From positions 2,470,689-2,534,688 of the forward strand of contig NC_081369.1 in NCBI RefSeq assembly GCF_030684315.1: a stretch of 64,000 nucleotides of DNA, read 5' to 3'. The notes under the pieces were generated by a model that did no database searches, was not told the DNA's origin, and was given only the letters and a program-made list of their open reading frames with translations. The position numbers and the translations under genes are program-made. This document shows positions 13,451-27,502 of this stretch, one piece after another (position 1 is the first letter of the stretch; each line of letters starts with the position of its first letter). Origin of the DNA: Stegostoma tigrinum (taxonomy: Eukaryota).

Positions 13451-15012
13451 AATGTTATAAGAATAGTTAGGTGGTTGTTTTTGACCAATGCAGATGTGAT
13501 GGGCTGAAAGGCCATATTTATGCTTTCCATCTCAATGAGTCTATGATGCAATGACTCAAAAAGCACAAATTAATTTGGAAACCCTGGATAATGTCAGGCA
13601 CGAAGAATAACAACAAACACGATTTAGAATGCTCCAAAAAAGGAGTTGGTTCAGAACAATTAGTAAATAGCGTACCTCAGTTTAAGGGATTTAAGTTGCA
13701 CTACAAGGTCATCATCTCCCCTATCATTGATGCAATCAATCAAGCAAGTTTCAGTATGTGACCTGAAATTTTCACAAATAACATTTGTGGAATCATAAGA
13801 ACTGATGGCACTCATGGAATTAAATTCCATAGAATTTAAAGCGAAGTGCCTTTTTAAAGTCATTGCAATATGGTTGTTCTGATCAGTAAACCTCACCACA
13901 GAAAGGAAATTTTGGGAATTTTGAAGACGATCTTCAATGCTGCCAAGAGTTTTGTGGAAATAGGTAACAGTAACAGTAACATAACAGTAGATCACTGAAA
14001 ACTTGGCTAACGCTAAACTGAGAAAGATCATCAACAAATTCCAGATGGAAGTCCAAGGAAGATCATGAAGTGATGCAGAATTCCAAATTATTATCCAATA
14101 TTTCCAACTGAAAAGAAACCTAGAAATTGTGGTGTCACAACCAGATCTAACTAAGCCACAACTATAAGTGAAAGAAACACTTAACAGAGAAAGACAAGGC
14201 AAAATGAAAAGGCATGAGTTAGAAAAAAAGCAGGGAAAGTGAGGAGAAAGATAAAGTGGATAATGAGTAGTGTGTAAAAGAACAATAGGAGTAATGCAAA
14301 TGTACTTCAATGAACAAAACTTGAAAGTAAAGAGACAAAAAAAGCAGAGAAAGTTGAATTATTAAATCAAAACTTGAACTCCATAGGAATAAAGACCATA
14401 AGATATAGAAGAAGAATGCATGGCTGCTCAGAAGTTAGCACTGCTCCTCACAGCACCAGGAACCCAGTTGTGATTCCAGCCTCAGGGGTCTGTCTATGTG
14501 GAGTTTGCACATTTTCCCCTTGTCTGTGATAACAAGGTATAAAGCTGCATGTACACTGCAAAGCTGACATTTCAGGTCTGGATTCTTCTTCTCCTGTCTG
14601 TGTTGGTTTTTGTCAGGTGCTCCAGTTTCCTACCAAATTACAAAGATGACAAGGTACAGAGCTGGATGAACACAGCAGGCCAAGCAGGAAATCTGCTCTA
14701 ATGCTGCTTGGCCTGCTGCGTCCATCCAGCTCTTCACCTCGTTATCTCAGGTTCTCCAGCATCTACAGCTCCAACTATCTCCAAAGATATGTATGTGGAT
14801 TAACCGTGCCAAATTGTTTTTCACGTCCAGGGTTATGCAAGCTAGGTAGATTAACCATGGTTAAATTTGGGGTCATGGTGATAAGGTAGGAATTTGAGTG
14901 GGAATCTCTTTGGAGAATTGGTGCAGACTCAAAGGGGCTAATAGCCTCTTTCTGCACTGTATTAATTCTGTGATTCTAATGCCTTTAGTCCATCAAATCC
15001 ATTCAATGGTAT

Positions 15013-15571
15013 TGTTATGGACCTGGCCAGACCCCCTCAAAATATTTTAAGTTTATAGCGTAGACCCTGACCTTTTCTGATGTGAACTGGGTGTTCCAGG
15101 TATGATGCATCTGGTCAAACCAATCAGATTTAAGTAAATCAGTTGAAACATGAACAAAGGCAAGTGGAATTTAGAGAAACTTCATTATTGGAAAAAGTAA
15201 CTGAACCTGAAAGAGCAACTTAACTAATTAACTATTCCAACACAATCACATCCCACAAACACACTCCTTGGCAAAAGTGTAAACTCAAACACATATTCGT
15301 ACAAGCAGAAGGTAACAACATCCGCAGAGAGATTTCAGAGAAAGTCAGAGGAATCCTTTACTGAAGTTTGCAACATGTCTGGTTCTCAGAACATCTTGTG
15401 TCTGTGATAGCTCAAACAGCTACAAAAAATCTGAACTGGGAGGACTGGCCACTCTCCTATTCATTGTTAAACTGCTACTGCCGAGACTCTTTTCCACCTC
15501 TGCATTTACAAACACTCTTCCAAAAAAAACCAAGTGCAAAATAACCTTTTTAAAGTGACAGCAGTGTTACA
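15013..15571 (-). mobile_element. LTR (TG...CA) with adjacent polypurine tract
   Basis: Terminal inverted ends tgttat.../...gttaca; followed by cctccccact, the reverse complement of the PPT-like agtggggagg. Confidence 0.6.
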
Positions 15572-15580
15572 CCTCCCCAC

Positions 15581-18355
15581 TAGAACAAGGGACATGGAAC
15601 AGAACAGCACAGTACAGGCTCTTCAGCCCATGATATTGGACCAACCTATTATCCTATTGTAAGGTCAAAACTAAGCTGCATACCCTTCATTTTAATATCA
15701 TCTATGTGCCTATCCAAGAGTTGGTTAAATGTCCCTAATGTATCCGACTCTAGTACCGCTGCAGGCAGTGCATTCCATACAGCCACCACTCCCTGTATAA
15801 AGAATCTATCTCTGGCATCTCCCCTATTCCTTCCCTCAATCACCTTAAAACTATGCCCCCTCATGATAGTCATTTCGACCCTGGGAAAATGCCTCTGGCT
15901 ATCCACTCTATCTATGCCTCATATCATCTTGTACACCTTTATCAGTTCACCTTCTTCACTCCAATGAGAAAAGCCCTAGCTCCCTCAAACTTTCCTCATA
16001 AGACTTACCCCCCAGTCCAGGCAGCATCCTGGTAAATCTCCTCTGCACCCTCTCATAAGCTTCCACATCCTTTCTATCATGAGGCGACCAGAACTGAACA
16101 CAATATTCCAAGTGTGGTCTGACTAGGGTTTTATAGAGCTGCAACTTAACTTTGCGGCTCTTAAACTCAATCCTCCTGCCAATGAAAGCCAACACGCATA
16201 TGCCTTCTTAACTGCCCTATCAACTTGGGTAGCAACTGTGAAGGATGTGGACCCCAAGACCCTTCTGTTCCTCCACACTGCCAAGAATCCTGCCATTAAC
16301 CCTGTATTCTGCATTCAAATTTGACCTTCCAAAATGAATCACTTTACACTTTTCTGAGTTCAATCTCATCTGCCACTTTCTTGCACAGCTCTACATCCTG
16401 TCAACGTCCCATTGCAACCAACAATAGCCCTCCACATTATCCACAACTCCATTGACATTCAAGTCATTGGAAAACTTACTAACCCACCCTTCCATTTCCT
16501 CTTCCAATTCATTTAGGAAAATCACAAACAGCCGAGGTCCCAGAAAAGATCCCTGTAGAAAATCACTGGTCGCTGAGCTTGAGGCTCAATAGTTTCCATC
16601 TACTACCACCCTCTGTCTGCTATTGGACAGCCAATTCTATATCCAGACAGCCAAATTTCCCTGAATCTCATGCCCCCTTACTTTCTGAATGAGCCTACCC
16701 TGGGGAACCTGATTGAATGCCTTGTTAAAATCCATATACACTACATCCACTGCTCTATCTTCATCAATGAATTTTGTCACATCTTCAAAGAATTCAATAA
16801 GGCTTGTGAGGCACGACCTGCCCCTCACAAAGCCATGATGAATATTTCTAATCAAACTATGCTTTTCCGGATAACAATAATACTATCTCTCAGCATCCTC
16901 TCCAATAATTTGCCCAGTGCAGAAGTAAGACTGGCTGGTCTGTAGTTCCTAGGATTCTCCCTATCTCCTTTTTTGAACAAGGGAATAACACCTACTACCC
17001 TTCAATCATCTGATGTGATTCCAGTGAACAGTGAGGATGCAAAGATCATCGCCAAAGGCCCAGCAATCTCTTCCCTCGCTTCCTGGAGCAACCTTGGGTA
17101 CATCCAGTCTGGTCCATGCAACTTATCTATTCCCATATTTTTTTAATTTTCTAGCACATCCTCCTTCCTAACATCAACCTGTTCGAACATATCAGCCTGT
17201 TTCACACTGTCCTCACAAATGTCAAGGTCCCTCTCACTGGTGAGTACTGAAGCAAAGTATTCATTAAGGACCTCCCCTCCCTGCTCTGACTCCTCACACA
17301 AGTTCCCTCCACTTTCCATGATTGGTCCTAGCTTCACACTGGTCATCCTCTTGTTCCTCAGAGAAGTATAAAACTCCTTGAGGTTTTCCTTAATCCTACC
17401 TGTGAAAGGTTTCTTATGCCCCCTTCCACCTCTCCTAAGTCTATTCTTCAGTTCCTTTCTGTCTACCTTGTCACCCTCTAGAGCCCTGTCTGATCCTTGC
17501 TTCCTCAACCTTAAATAAGCTTTCTGCTTCCTCTAAATGTTCCACATGTCTTGTCATCCAAGGTTCCTTCACCTTTCCATCCCTTCCTTGCCTCATTGGG
17601 GACAAACCTATCCAGCACTCATCACAAGTTCTCCCTAAACAATCTCCACATTTCTGTCATGCATTTCCCTGAGAATCGCTATTCCCAATTTATGGTCCTG
17701 CCCCTGTGTCATCCAAGTTTCCATAATGGCCGCACCATCATGGCCCCAATTAATGACCCATGCTCTAAGTTGTCACCCTTAACCTTGACATGTCTTTCGT
17801 TAAAATAGACATATTTCAAACCGTCACAATGACTGCAACTTTGGCCTATCATCCATTTATCCTTCCTCCCAGACCCTCTGCATGCTGCATCTGTCTGTAC
17901 ACCAGCTACGCCATCCTCTGATCCGTAGCTCCAGCTTCCATCCCCCAGCCAAACTAGTTTAAACCCTCCAGAGGAGCTCTTGCAAACCTCCAACCCAAGA
18001 TATTGGTGCGACTCCAATTCAGGTGTAACACGTCTTTCTTGTACAGGTCCCACGTTCCCCAGAAGGTATCCCAATGTTCCTTGTATCTAAAGCCCTCTCT
18101 GTGACGCCAGCTCTGCAACCATTTGTTCAGCTGCACTCACTGTCTGTTCCTGGCCTCACTAGCCCCATGGCACTGGTAGTAATCCTGAGATTACTACTCT
18201 TCTCATCCTGGCATTTAGCTTCCATCCTAACTTCCTAAATACACTTTTCAGGTCCTCATCCATTTTCCTAGTTCCATCATTGGTGCAGATGTGCACCACG
18301 ATTTCCGGCTGCTCGTCTTCCCCTTTAAGAATCCTATCGACTGGATCCTGCCTCA
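15581..18355 (-). mobile_element. CR1-clade LINE (HER1-like), long degenerate copy with ORF1 esterase and ORF2 RT remnants
   Basis: HGFVRGRSCLTSLIEFFE..VDVVYMDF, LYKTLVRPHLEYCVQFWSP; ORF1 QPEIVVHICTND..VVISGLLPVP. Confidence 0.9.
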
Positions 18356-19644
18356 AAGGACCTGTGAGAGATAGACTGATGTAAACAGCTTGAGGAAGTC
18401 TACTCACTTTGTTTCGCAACTCCACAGCATCTGTGCCAAACTGCATAAAAGCCGAAAGAACTGCAGATGCTGTAACTTAGTAACAAAAACAGAAGTTGCT
18501 GGTAAAGCTCTCCAGGTCTGGCAGCATCTGTGAAGAGAAATCAGCATTAATATTTCAGGTCCGGGAACTGTCTGGAGGGAACAATTTGTTTTTCTTTCTC
18601 TCTTTCACAATACATACATATCTCTATGCCTTTGAGCAGAGAACTGTAAGCATTGTATACACTTATGAAGTGCCCGTTACTGATTTTCATTTGAATGACC
18701 TCACAATAATTTTACATTTGCAACATCATACTTCATACCCTCAATAAAAGATTCAGTTTCACCATATCTAACTTATCTGCTATTTATTGCTATTTTTACT
18801 CTGGAACAGTTGAATCTTGGAACTTCTGACGAACACACCAAGATATTGTGAAATGCCTTCCTTATTTAACATTTTCACTCCACTGTACTTTTACTAAAAC
18901 TGAGATTCACCATCACAAACTGCCTAGATTTGAAATCATGGGACCGATATTCCTAAAATATAACAGACATCCCTTTAAGCTTAACAGTTACTAGGTTAGA
19001 AAAATGAAATGTGGTCAAAAACTTAAAAATTGACAGTCACAAGTCAACATTTTTGCTCATATTTATCCCGCTCAATTTCATTTCTCATAATTACATTTTT
19101 GTCCACTTTATTAAATAATTTACAGATGGCATCAAAATCTGATACCTGTTTTGCTGGGCGACAGCTGGTGGAGGTTGAAAACGTTTATTTGTGTGTGATG
19201 TTTGATGGTGAAACTGCCCTTGAATGGTAATATGAACCATGGTGTGATGATCTCCCGGTGGATGTGGAGATAACAATCCCAAACCTAAACAATAAACAAT
19301 AAACATGCTGATAAGAGAGTCAGAATCACAGTCTTTTTTTAACTGCAAGGAAAAGCTGTCTTTTGGCCATTGTGCCTGTGCTGGTCATCAAACATCTATT
19401 TACTCTAATCTCATTACCTAGCACTTGTCACCTTGTATGCTACATAGCTTCAAGTACTCACTTAAAGTTTTCTAAAATGACTAAAGGTTCCCCATCTGTA
19501 TTGCTCTTTTAGACAGTTAGCTCAAGATTCTCACAACACTCCATGTGAAATGAAATTCCTCAAACCCCTCTAAATATCTTCTCCTCAGGTTAAAACTGTG
19601 CGCCTTACTATTGATGCATCTACTCAGGGGATATGTTTATTTCT

Positions 19645-19826
19645 GAGATAGTAGGAACTGCAGATGCTGGAGAATCTGAGATAACAAGGTATAGAGCTGG
19701 ATGAGCACAGCAGGCCAAACAGTATCTTAGGAGCAGGAAAGCTGGTGTTTTGGGCCTAGAAGGTTTCCTGATCCTATGATGCTGTTTGGCCTGCTGTGCT
19801 CATCCAATGCTACACTTTGTTATCTC
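19645..19826. mobile_element. Mini Penelope fold-back (older)
   Basis: Inverted termini; TSD atgtttatt(t/a)ct. Confidence 0.75.
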
Positions 19827-21100
19827 ATGTTTATTACTATCTGGCTTATTTATGCTCCGAATAACTTTCCACACTGCTGCAATGGACTTTTAATGTGAGG
19901 GTGTTCCAAATTTATTAACAACTTGGGAAAATGGCATGTTACTGGATTCATGTCATTCATTACATTTTTAAATGCAACTGACGGATGGGGCTGATGGAAT
20001 ATTTGAGTCAATATTTACCTAATTCCATCCCTGTGACATTAAAGATGCAATATAAATTCAAATTATTATCCTTTGAGCTTGGAACAGCATTAGCTAACTG
20101 ATGTCGTTCGAATTTCTTCTTTCCTTTGATGTTAACCCTGAGCCAGACTTTAATGCGCATTGTATGAAACTTATTATCGAGTCATACAGTTGTGCAGCAT
20201 GGAAACAGGTCCAAATAAATCACGCTGAACAGATATCCAAGATTAATCTCTTCCCATTTGTCAGTATTTGGCAAATAGTCCCCTAGACCTTTCCTATTCA
20301 ACAATCCATCCAGGTCCCTTTTAAATGTTGCAATTGTACCAGCCTCCACTCTTTGTCTGTCAACTCAGTCCATACATGAACCACCTTTGGTGTGAAAATA
20401 TTGTCCCTGTACTTTCTGGGGGAAAGACCTTGGCTCTTCACCCTACCCATGCCCCCATTGATTTTATAAACCTCGATAGTGTCACCCCTCAGCCTCTAAC
20501 ACTGCAGGAAACATGGCCCCAGTCTATTCAGCCTCTCTCTGAAGCTCAGTCCAACCCCAGCAACATCATCTGAGGAAATAGTTGGATTTGGTGAAAATGA
20601 AAAGGTATCAGTGACAGAGGTGAAAAATTTTGATTGAGAAAATACAACATCAGCTCATCCAACAACGGATGTCAGTCTCAGAGTGCTGGGGTTGTGCAGT
20701 ATTTGAAAGAGGCAATTATGACCTTACACTGAGTGTCGTAAAATATACGGATAGAAATGGATATGATGTTTCCACATGTAGAACCTTGGAAGCAGCATGG
20801 TTATAAGAAATAGCAGAAATAGGAAAGATCCCTTGACAATTGCAAACATAATGAGATAGAATTGTACAATATTCCACAGAAAATAATTCACATCAAAACA
20901 TAAGAAACAATAGGGAAATCGGAATTAAATGCATTCCCAGGAATCGAATACCTGGAGTTTGGCTCCATCATCATTCATCCAAAAATCTGGAAATAGTTCA
21001 GGAAGAATGAAGAGAGGCCATATTCAGGTGGGAACATCATTTAGGTCTATTGAGAGGAAAGTCAGAGTTGAGGTGGTCTGGAGAATTCATCAATTGTTTT

Positions 21101-22209
21101 TGTAGTGATTGGAAACATTTGAATCTTATTGACTCTGAGATTCTTGACTGAGGTTGTTAGCCTGGGCCAATCAGGGAGCCCTGGCTGACCAATATAAACA
21201 GGGCAAGCCCTGTACAGACTTCTACTGGACACCATTCAACTCTTCTTCTTCATCCACCGCCTGAACACACCTTGCTGTGCCGATTTACCACCAGGTGGCA
21301 GGGATCCCCAGTGGAGGGCTCTCTACATGGGAGCCCTCCCCCTTTCCCTCGGGGGTCTGTGGGGGAGGGTGTTGTCCACAGCAGTCCCATGTAACCACAG
21401 ATTGCGATGGCTCAGGGACTCCCAGCCCAACTGTCTGTTTTGTGGCGCTGTGGAATCCGTGGACCAACTGGATATTGGGTGTGGGCATTTGCGCTCCCTG
21501 TTTTAGTTATCTCAAAGACCTTATCCTCTGCTTTTGGTGGCATTTCAGCCTCATGCTCCTGATCTTTGGATACCCAGTGCGGACGGGTACGGGCCGGTCA
21601 GAGGATCCCCTCATGAGTCTGCTCTTGGGCCTGGCCAAGCTGGTCGTGAACAGGTCCAGGCAGCAGGCCAAGGAGAGGGTCATTTACACTAACAGCTTGC
21701 CGCTACGGCTATGTTCAATTTTGGGAGTCCCTGGAAAAGGAGCACTTCGTGTGCACGATACTCTCGATGCCTTTAAGGGAGAGGTACTCACCGCGGGGGG
21801 TGGGGTGCTTTAACTCCCCTTCCAATTATATTTGGATTTGATCCCTACCCTCCCTTTCACTTTTTCTTTCACATGAGCATTGCGGTGGCCGGGGCTCTGC
21901 TTGCCACTGGTTCCCTGGCCACGTGGGTGTTTTTCCTGGTGGTGGGATATTACTAAAGTTATTTTACAAATAGTGTTTTTTTTTACTCTGTCTTGCACCT
22001 TAACGCATACAACACAGGTGATGGGGAGAATAAACTCTACTACCGTATTGCAGTTGTGTTGGGGTTATATATAAAAAAAAATAAACAGGGCATTCAGAAA
22101 CTCCTAACTTCAAGCTGACTCCAAGCTGGCAGGCCGCAGTCTATGTACTGTGCACATGGAAATAAGGGGGACTTGGAGATGGGATACCGGCCTCTGTGCT
22201 GTTATTTCA
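21101..22209 (+). mobile_element. Solo LTR (TG...CA, CCAAT, TATA) interrupted by a Tx1 LINE
   Basis: tgtagtg...atttca ends; ggccaatc and ccaatataaa boxes; the halves rejoin when the insert is removed. Confidence 0.55.
21204..22078 (+). mobile_element. 5'-truncated Tx1 (L1-clade) LINE 3' end with A-tail
   Basis: ORF2 C-terminus LLIFGYPVR..EDPLMSLLLGLAKLVVNRSR; A-rich tail; TSD ataaacaggg at 21194-21203 and 22081-22090. Confidence 0.75.
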
Positions 22210-22835
22210 GCTTCTCTTGAGAAAATGAGGAATACGACAAATTTAACAGATGGAGGGAATGCGCTTAAGCACAGTTAGACATCACTGATATCAGAAAAAA
22301 AGTAGTCTCCTGTTGGTCTTTTCTGCATAAATTTCCCTCTTCTGTTAAATACAGAAGATGGGATTGAATTTTAAATGAGGGCTTCACAGTCAAAAAGTGA
22401 AATGGTGTTGAAAATGAAGGAACATTTCCATTTGTACGGGATTTTGGTAAAGAACTGAAGGCTCATCAACAGGTATTAATCTAAGTGCACATTTGCAATC
22501 AAATATCACATGATTGCTCTTCAGATAACATTCACGCAGTTTTCTGCCCAGATTCCAGTTCATTCAGAAAACCGACCAGAATATCAGTCAAGCGCTGATC
22601 TTCAGCAGGATAGCTCTGATACAAACACTGAGAATGCTTTACTCTCCCCATTTCATATTTCAGCACCATTCTACCGTTGCTCTCCCCAGTCATGCCACGT
22701 ACTTGCTGTAGATTTCCCCACAAGTAAGCCTTCTATGTTGGCTAGATTCTGCTTCAATTTAATAATAGTGGTAAAACCCTTGTTTGCAGGCCATCTTTAT
22801 CCTTCTCCATATGACAAATACCAGACTATACTGTG

Positions 22836-23036
22836 AGAGATAATGGGAACTGCAGATGCTGGAGAATCCAAGACAACAAAATGTGAGGCTGGATGAACAC
22901 AGCAGGCCAAGCAGCATCTCAGGAGCACAAAAGCATCAGAGCTCTCTGATGAAGGGTCTAGGCCTGAAACGTCAGCTTTTGTGCTCCTGAGATGCTGCTT
23001 GACCTGCTGTGTTCATCCAGCCTCACATTTTGTTGC
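22836..23036. mobile_element. Mini Penelope fold-back
   Basis: Inverted PLE termini; perfect 16-bp TSD accagactatactgtg (22820-22835, 23037-23052). Confidence 0.88.
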
Positions 23037-24172
23037 ACCAGACTATACTGTGTTGTGGCTGCTATCACTACAACGTTCTCCCATTACCACCTCAAATATC
23101 AACCGGATTTGCTCCCCAGAATTAAGTCCAGTACCGCTCTGTCCCTTCTACATGTGGACGTTAACAAAAAATCTCCTGAATAGATTTCAAACATCCATTC
23201 CCTCACAACCCTTTACATTATGATTTTTCCAATTAATTCCGGGGAAGTTGGAATCCCTTAAGATTCTCACCTTATGATTATTATCAATATGATTACATCC
23301 ATCCATTGAAAACCTACATATCTGCTTCTCTGTTACCCACTGATTTTTTGAGTTCTTATAGCACATTCAGGACAATATGACTGCTCCCTTCTGGTCTCTA
23401 AGCTCCACCTTTAGAACTCAATTGAAGACCATTTCAGGATATCATCGCTCCTTATTGCAGTAACTGACTCCTTTATGTCATACAACCTCCTCTTTTGTTT
23501 TTTTTTAAACATCCGCCTTACTCTATTATTCTGAAGAATGCACATGTACTTGCAAATAGTTGCTCCCAGTCTATGTTTGTCAGATGTTCTCTAATGATAT
23601 TGAATTTGGCCTACACCCAATTTAGACATTTCTGTATGATCGTTTTCACTTTCTATAATGACTTTGAAACTTCCGGAGTTATCATCACTGTTCCCAAAAT
23701 GCTTGCCCATTTAAACTTCATTTGCCTGGTTTCATTTCCTCGAACTAGATCTAATACTGCTTCATCTGTAGTTGGACTATCCGTGTAGTGGCATAAAAGC
23801 TCTCCTGGATCTGCTTTGAACATTCCAACCCATAAAATCCTTTCACACAAAGGTGATCCCAGTTAATGTTAGAAAGTTTACATCCCCTACAACTATATAA
23901 ACCTATTCCTCTCATACCTCTCTGCAATTTGCCTCCACCTCTACACCTCTATCTCTTTCTGACTGTTGGGGACCTGGAGCTTAATCCCAGCAAAATGATC
24001 ATTTTTTTTTTATTTCTAAGCTCCAACCAGAATGATTGCATTTGAACAGCCTTCTGAAACGTAGTCCCACATTACTTCAGTGATCTTCCCCTTTACCAAT
24101 AATACACAAACCTCTCCTACATCCCCCCGATCATGCCTGAAACTTCTATACCTATGCTTCAGTGATTGCAAC

Positions 24173-25170
24173 TGTTAGAGCTAGCCATGGTTGAAGGTGA
24201 TTCTCATTTGACATAAAATGGCTCAGGAAGGTTTCTGGCTGAAACAGTCTGCTGTTTGAAGCCAAACTGTAAGCTAGAACAGTTAGCTGCCTTCATGGAA
24301 GGATCGTATCCAAGGGAACTAGATTAGAATCATAGAGGGTCAGTGTGGTAGCAGGGCATTTGGTTAACCATGATGCTATCCCGTTCAAACTCAGTTAACA
24401 CACAATAAATCTTCTGAAATGCATATAATGGGCCACGTGTGACAGAAACAGATGGAGCTGCTTGTGTTGAGACAGAGAAGGAATAGCCTTGAGGAATGCT
24501 GATATCAACCTCTGTACCAGGTTGGCCCAAAGTCTGATCTTCATCATGGGTTAGAAAGAAAGGGTCTTACCAGGCACTGACCACATGTTCACAGGATGTT
24601 ATTACCCCCAAGTAATTGGATGAGGAGTTAGACGAAAGCTGAAATAAGGTGACTGACTGTGTCTAAACTGCATGTTTTCTTTCATTCAGTGAAGTCCCTG
24701 AACTGCCAGAGGCACTTTCCCCATGTACATAAAACAATAAACTCTTTGATGCTTGAAGTGGAATTGATTATCAAATGATCCATTTAATCATTCCCTCCAT
24801 CAGTTTAGTGCAGTCAGCAGGATATGAGAGCATGCACAGGCAAAGGGACTGGACTGCATGAGGACCCTGTATTCACAGAAACCTGTAACCCCGGCTCATT
24901 TGGTGTCCCCTTATGGTCCTGTATCGGAACTTGAAAAGGGTCCACTCAGTACCAAAGGGTGGTAGGGCTCCGGCATTGTCGCTATGGGACACAGTCACAG
25001 GCCACCTTGAAGCAAACCTTCATTGAAACATGGACCCTCTTCCACAGCTAAAGTTTACTGGGAGAAACTCTAAGTCGTGCCCAAGGGAAGGGTGAGGAAC
25101 ACCAAGAGTTGTAATCTGCAAGCAGGGCTTAGCCAAAACAGACAGACTACTTTTTGGGCTGATTTGCCTG
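24173..25170 (+). mobile_element. LTR-like segment (~24173-24775) followed by an env-region fragment homologous to 63820-64000
   Basis: Starts TGTTAGAGCTAGCCAT, similar to TGTTAGGGCTGCCCAT found just 3' of env at ~60310 (-); contains AATAAA; 24990-25168 aligns to the reverse complement of 63820-64000. Confidence 0.55.
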
Positions 25171-25782
25171 ACTGTCATTTAAAATATGAGACCTGACAGA
25201 TACTTCCAACCCTTTTCTGTGGCATTTGAAAGATGTTGCATGAGATAAACACTGAACACTGAGTAGCTCATGAAAGGGCATTCATGAGGCACTTTGGGCA
25301 AACAATATTTGGGAAAAGATTGCATTTGAAATTATCCTCACCAGCCCGCCAGTTGCAGAAGCATCTATCCACTACAGAATTGGTAAGCAAGACCACAGTC
25401 ATCAAACTGGCTTAATGAAAAAGAGGACGGAGTAGCGGAAGCAAAACCAGGCATAGTTTGTTGTAGTAGAATGATTGTTGTTCTGTTTGTACTGCATATG
25501 TTAGCAACTATGAACCATGACACAGTCAGTTGCCAGATAATCCTTGCCATACAGCAGCCGTACAAAGGGACATGGAAAATAGGAACATGAGAATGAGGTG
25601 CAGGAATCAAACATGCTGCCCTTCAAGGGTGTGCCATCTCACTCAATGAGAACATATCTGATCTGACTGTGGTGTGAATCTTCAGTTTCCTGTGTTACAT
25701 TCATTGGCTCCAACTGTATCTAAAAACAATCTAAAGTGGCCTGAAAATATTCAATCGTCCTGCCTCTACTGCTTTCTGGCAG

Positions 25783-26029
25783 AAACCTCTGTACCAGGTT
25801 GGCCCAAAGTCTGATCTTCATCATGGGATAGAAAGAAAGGGGCTAACCATGCACTGATCACATGTTCACATCATGTTATTACCCCCAAGTAATTAGATGA
25901 GGAGTTAGGTGAAAGCTGAAATAAGCTGACTGGCTGTATCTAAACTGTATGTTTTCCTTTACTCAGTGAAGTCCCTGAACTGACCAGAGGCTCTTTCCCC
26001 ACGTACATAAAACAATAAACTCTTTGATG
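25783..26029 (+). repeat. Direct duplicate of 24508-24750 (partial LTR-like copy)
   Basis: Near-identical ~245 bp, aacctctgtaccaggttggcccaaag...aataaactctttgatg. Confidence 0.85.
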
Positions 26030-27502
26030 ACTCTTTGATGAAGGGCTAATGATCCCCTGACTGAGGGAAAAAAAACATGCCTGCCTCAAAAATGAGTGTC
26101 TTTTTTTAAAACCAGTCTCCAAAGCGAGCTTCCATTCGGTGTCTACTGCGTTAAGTCACAATATAATTGTATGAATCTGAATTATGTATAATCTTGTTTT
26201 ATAACATCCTATAGGTATAGGCCCAAAATGTTCAAGTTCTCTCCAATCTCATTTTATTTCAGTCAATATGGAGATTAAACTCACCCATTATTATTGGTGT
26301 ACCTGAATCTGAAACAACCAATATTTCTGGAACAAAAGCATAATGCATAAACTCAGAGCTGATGGAGTGACATCTAGACTCAAAATGTTGGCCTGCTTTC
26401 TCTCCATGGATACTGCCTGACCCACTGAGATCTCCAGCATTTTTCGTTTACATAAATGATGGTGCCTGATTACCACCTTCGACAACAATTCTTGGTTCGG
26501 TACAAGGAGAAAGAGAGTCAAATCTCAATTAACTAATAATTAACTTTATTAGCTTAGTCAAACAGACATAATATCTTCAGTGGGAGTTATTGGTAAAAAG
26601 GGCCACACAGAAGAGTCACAGAGAACGACTTGTACAGACATTATCTGAGAGTCAGATACATGATGCTGAAAAAGTAATGAGGAAGGGGATTTCTGACAGG
26701 TCAACCTACACTCTTGCCTAATCCTTCAGGCTATAGAAGTCAGAGGGTATTCATTGTGCCCCACTTTCTTCTTTTTGATATGGCGATAACAGTAGTTTCA
26801 CTGGAAGTCCCCACATTTTTCAAACTACCAAAACAACAGTCATCTGATTGTTCACAAAATTAGAAAAAGTTTACAACACAGTGAAGCAGCGTGCCTGTGC
26901 CAGTGAAAAAAGGAACAATTAAACCCAATCTCACTCCCCAGGATTTAATGCGAAACATCACAGATTACAGCACTTCAAGAGCATATCCAGTCAAAAAAGC
27001 ATCAAATGTGTCTGAATCCAATATTCTTTCAGGCAATGGGGTCCAGACAGCTACAACACTCTGAGATAAACAGTTTCACCATCTCCTGGTTAATTCTTTT
27101 CACCAATCTCTTCAAGTGTGTAACCCTTGTGTCATTGACCTTTGTATAAAGGTTCATGGCTTCTTTCCCCACCCAATATGCCGCAGCCAGGCAAGATTTG
27201 TATATTCCAAACTCCCCCTCAGCTTCGTCCATTTCAATGACAAAAACTTCAGCCCATCCAGCCATTCCTCAGCTATACTTCGAAGTCCTGGCAGAATCTC
27301 TGAAGTACTTTCTGTATCCTCACTCATGCTGTCATTTCTGTTGTGCTTTCTGGTTGCATAAACAACGGAAAATATTTATTTGAAAACATCTGCATTTTGT
27401 TTTTACATTCAGCTATTGAATATGCAATTCAATTAGAGACAGAGACAAGGATTTAACTGCCAATGCTGTTGTCAGACGCAAGTGATCATCTCAGATTTTT
27501 GG

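Noticed and set aside
13660-14310. 216-aa hydrophobic ORF on the minus strand
   Set aside because: No recognisable domain; the hydrophobicity follows from the A-rich opposite strand; likely a chance ORF in decayed repeat.
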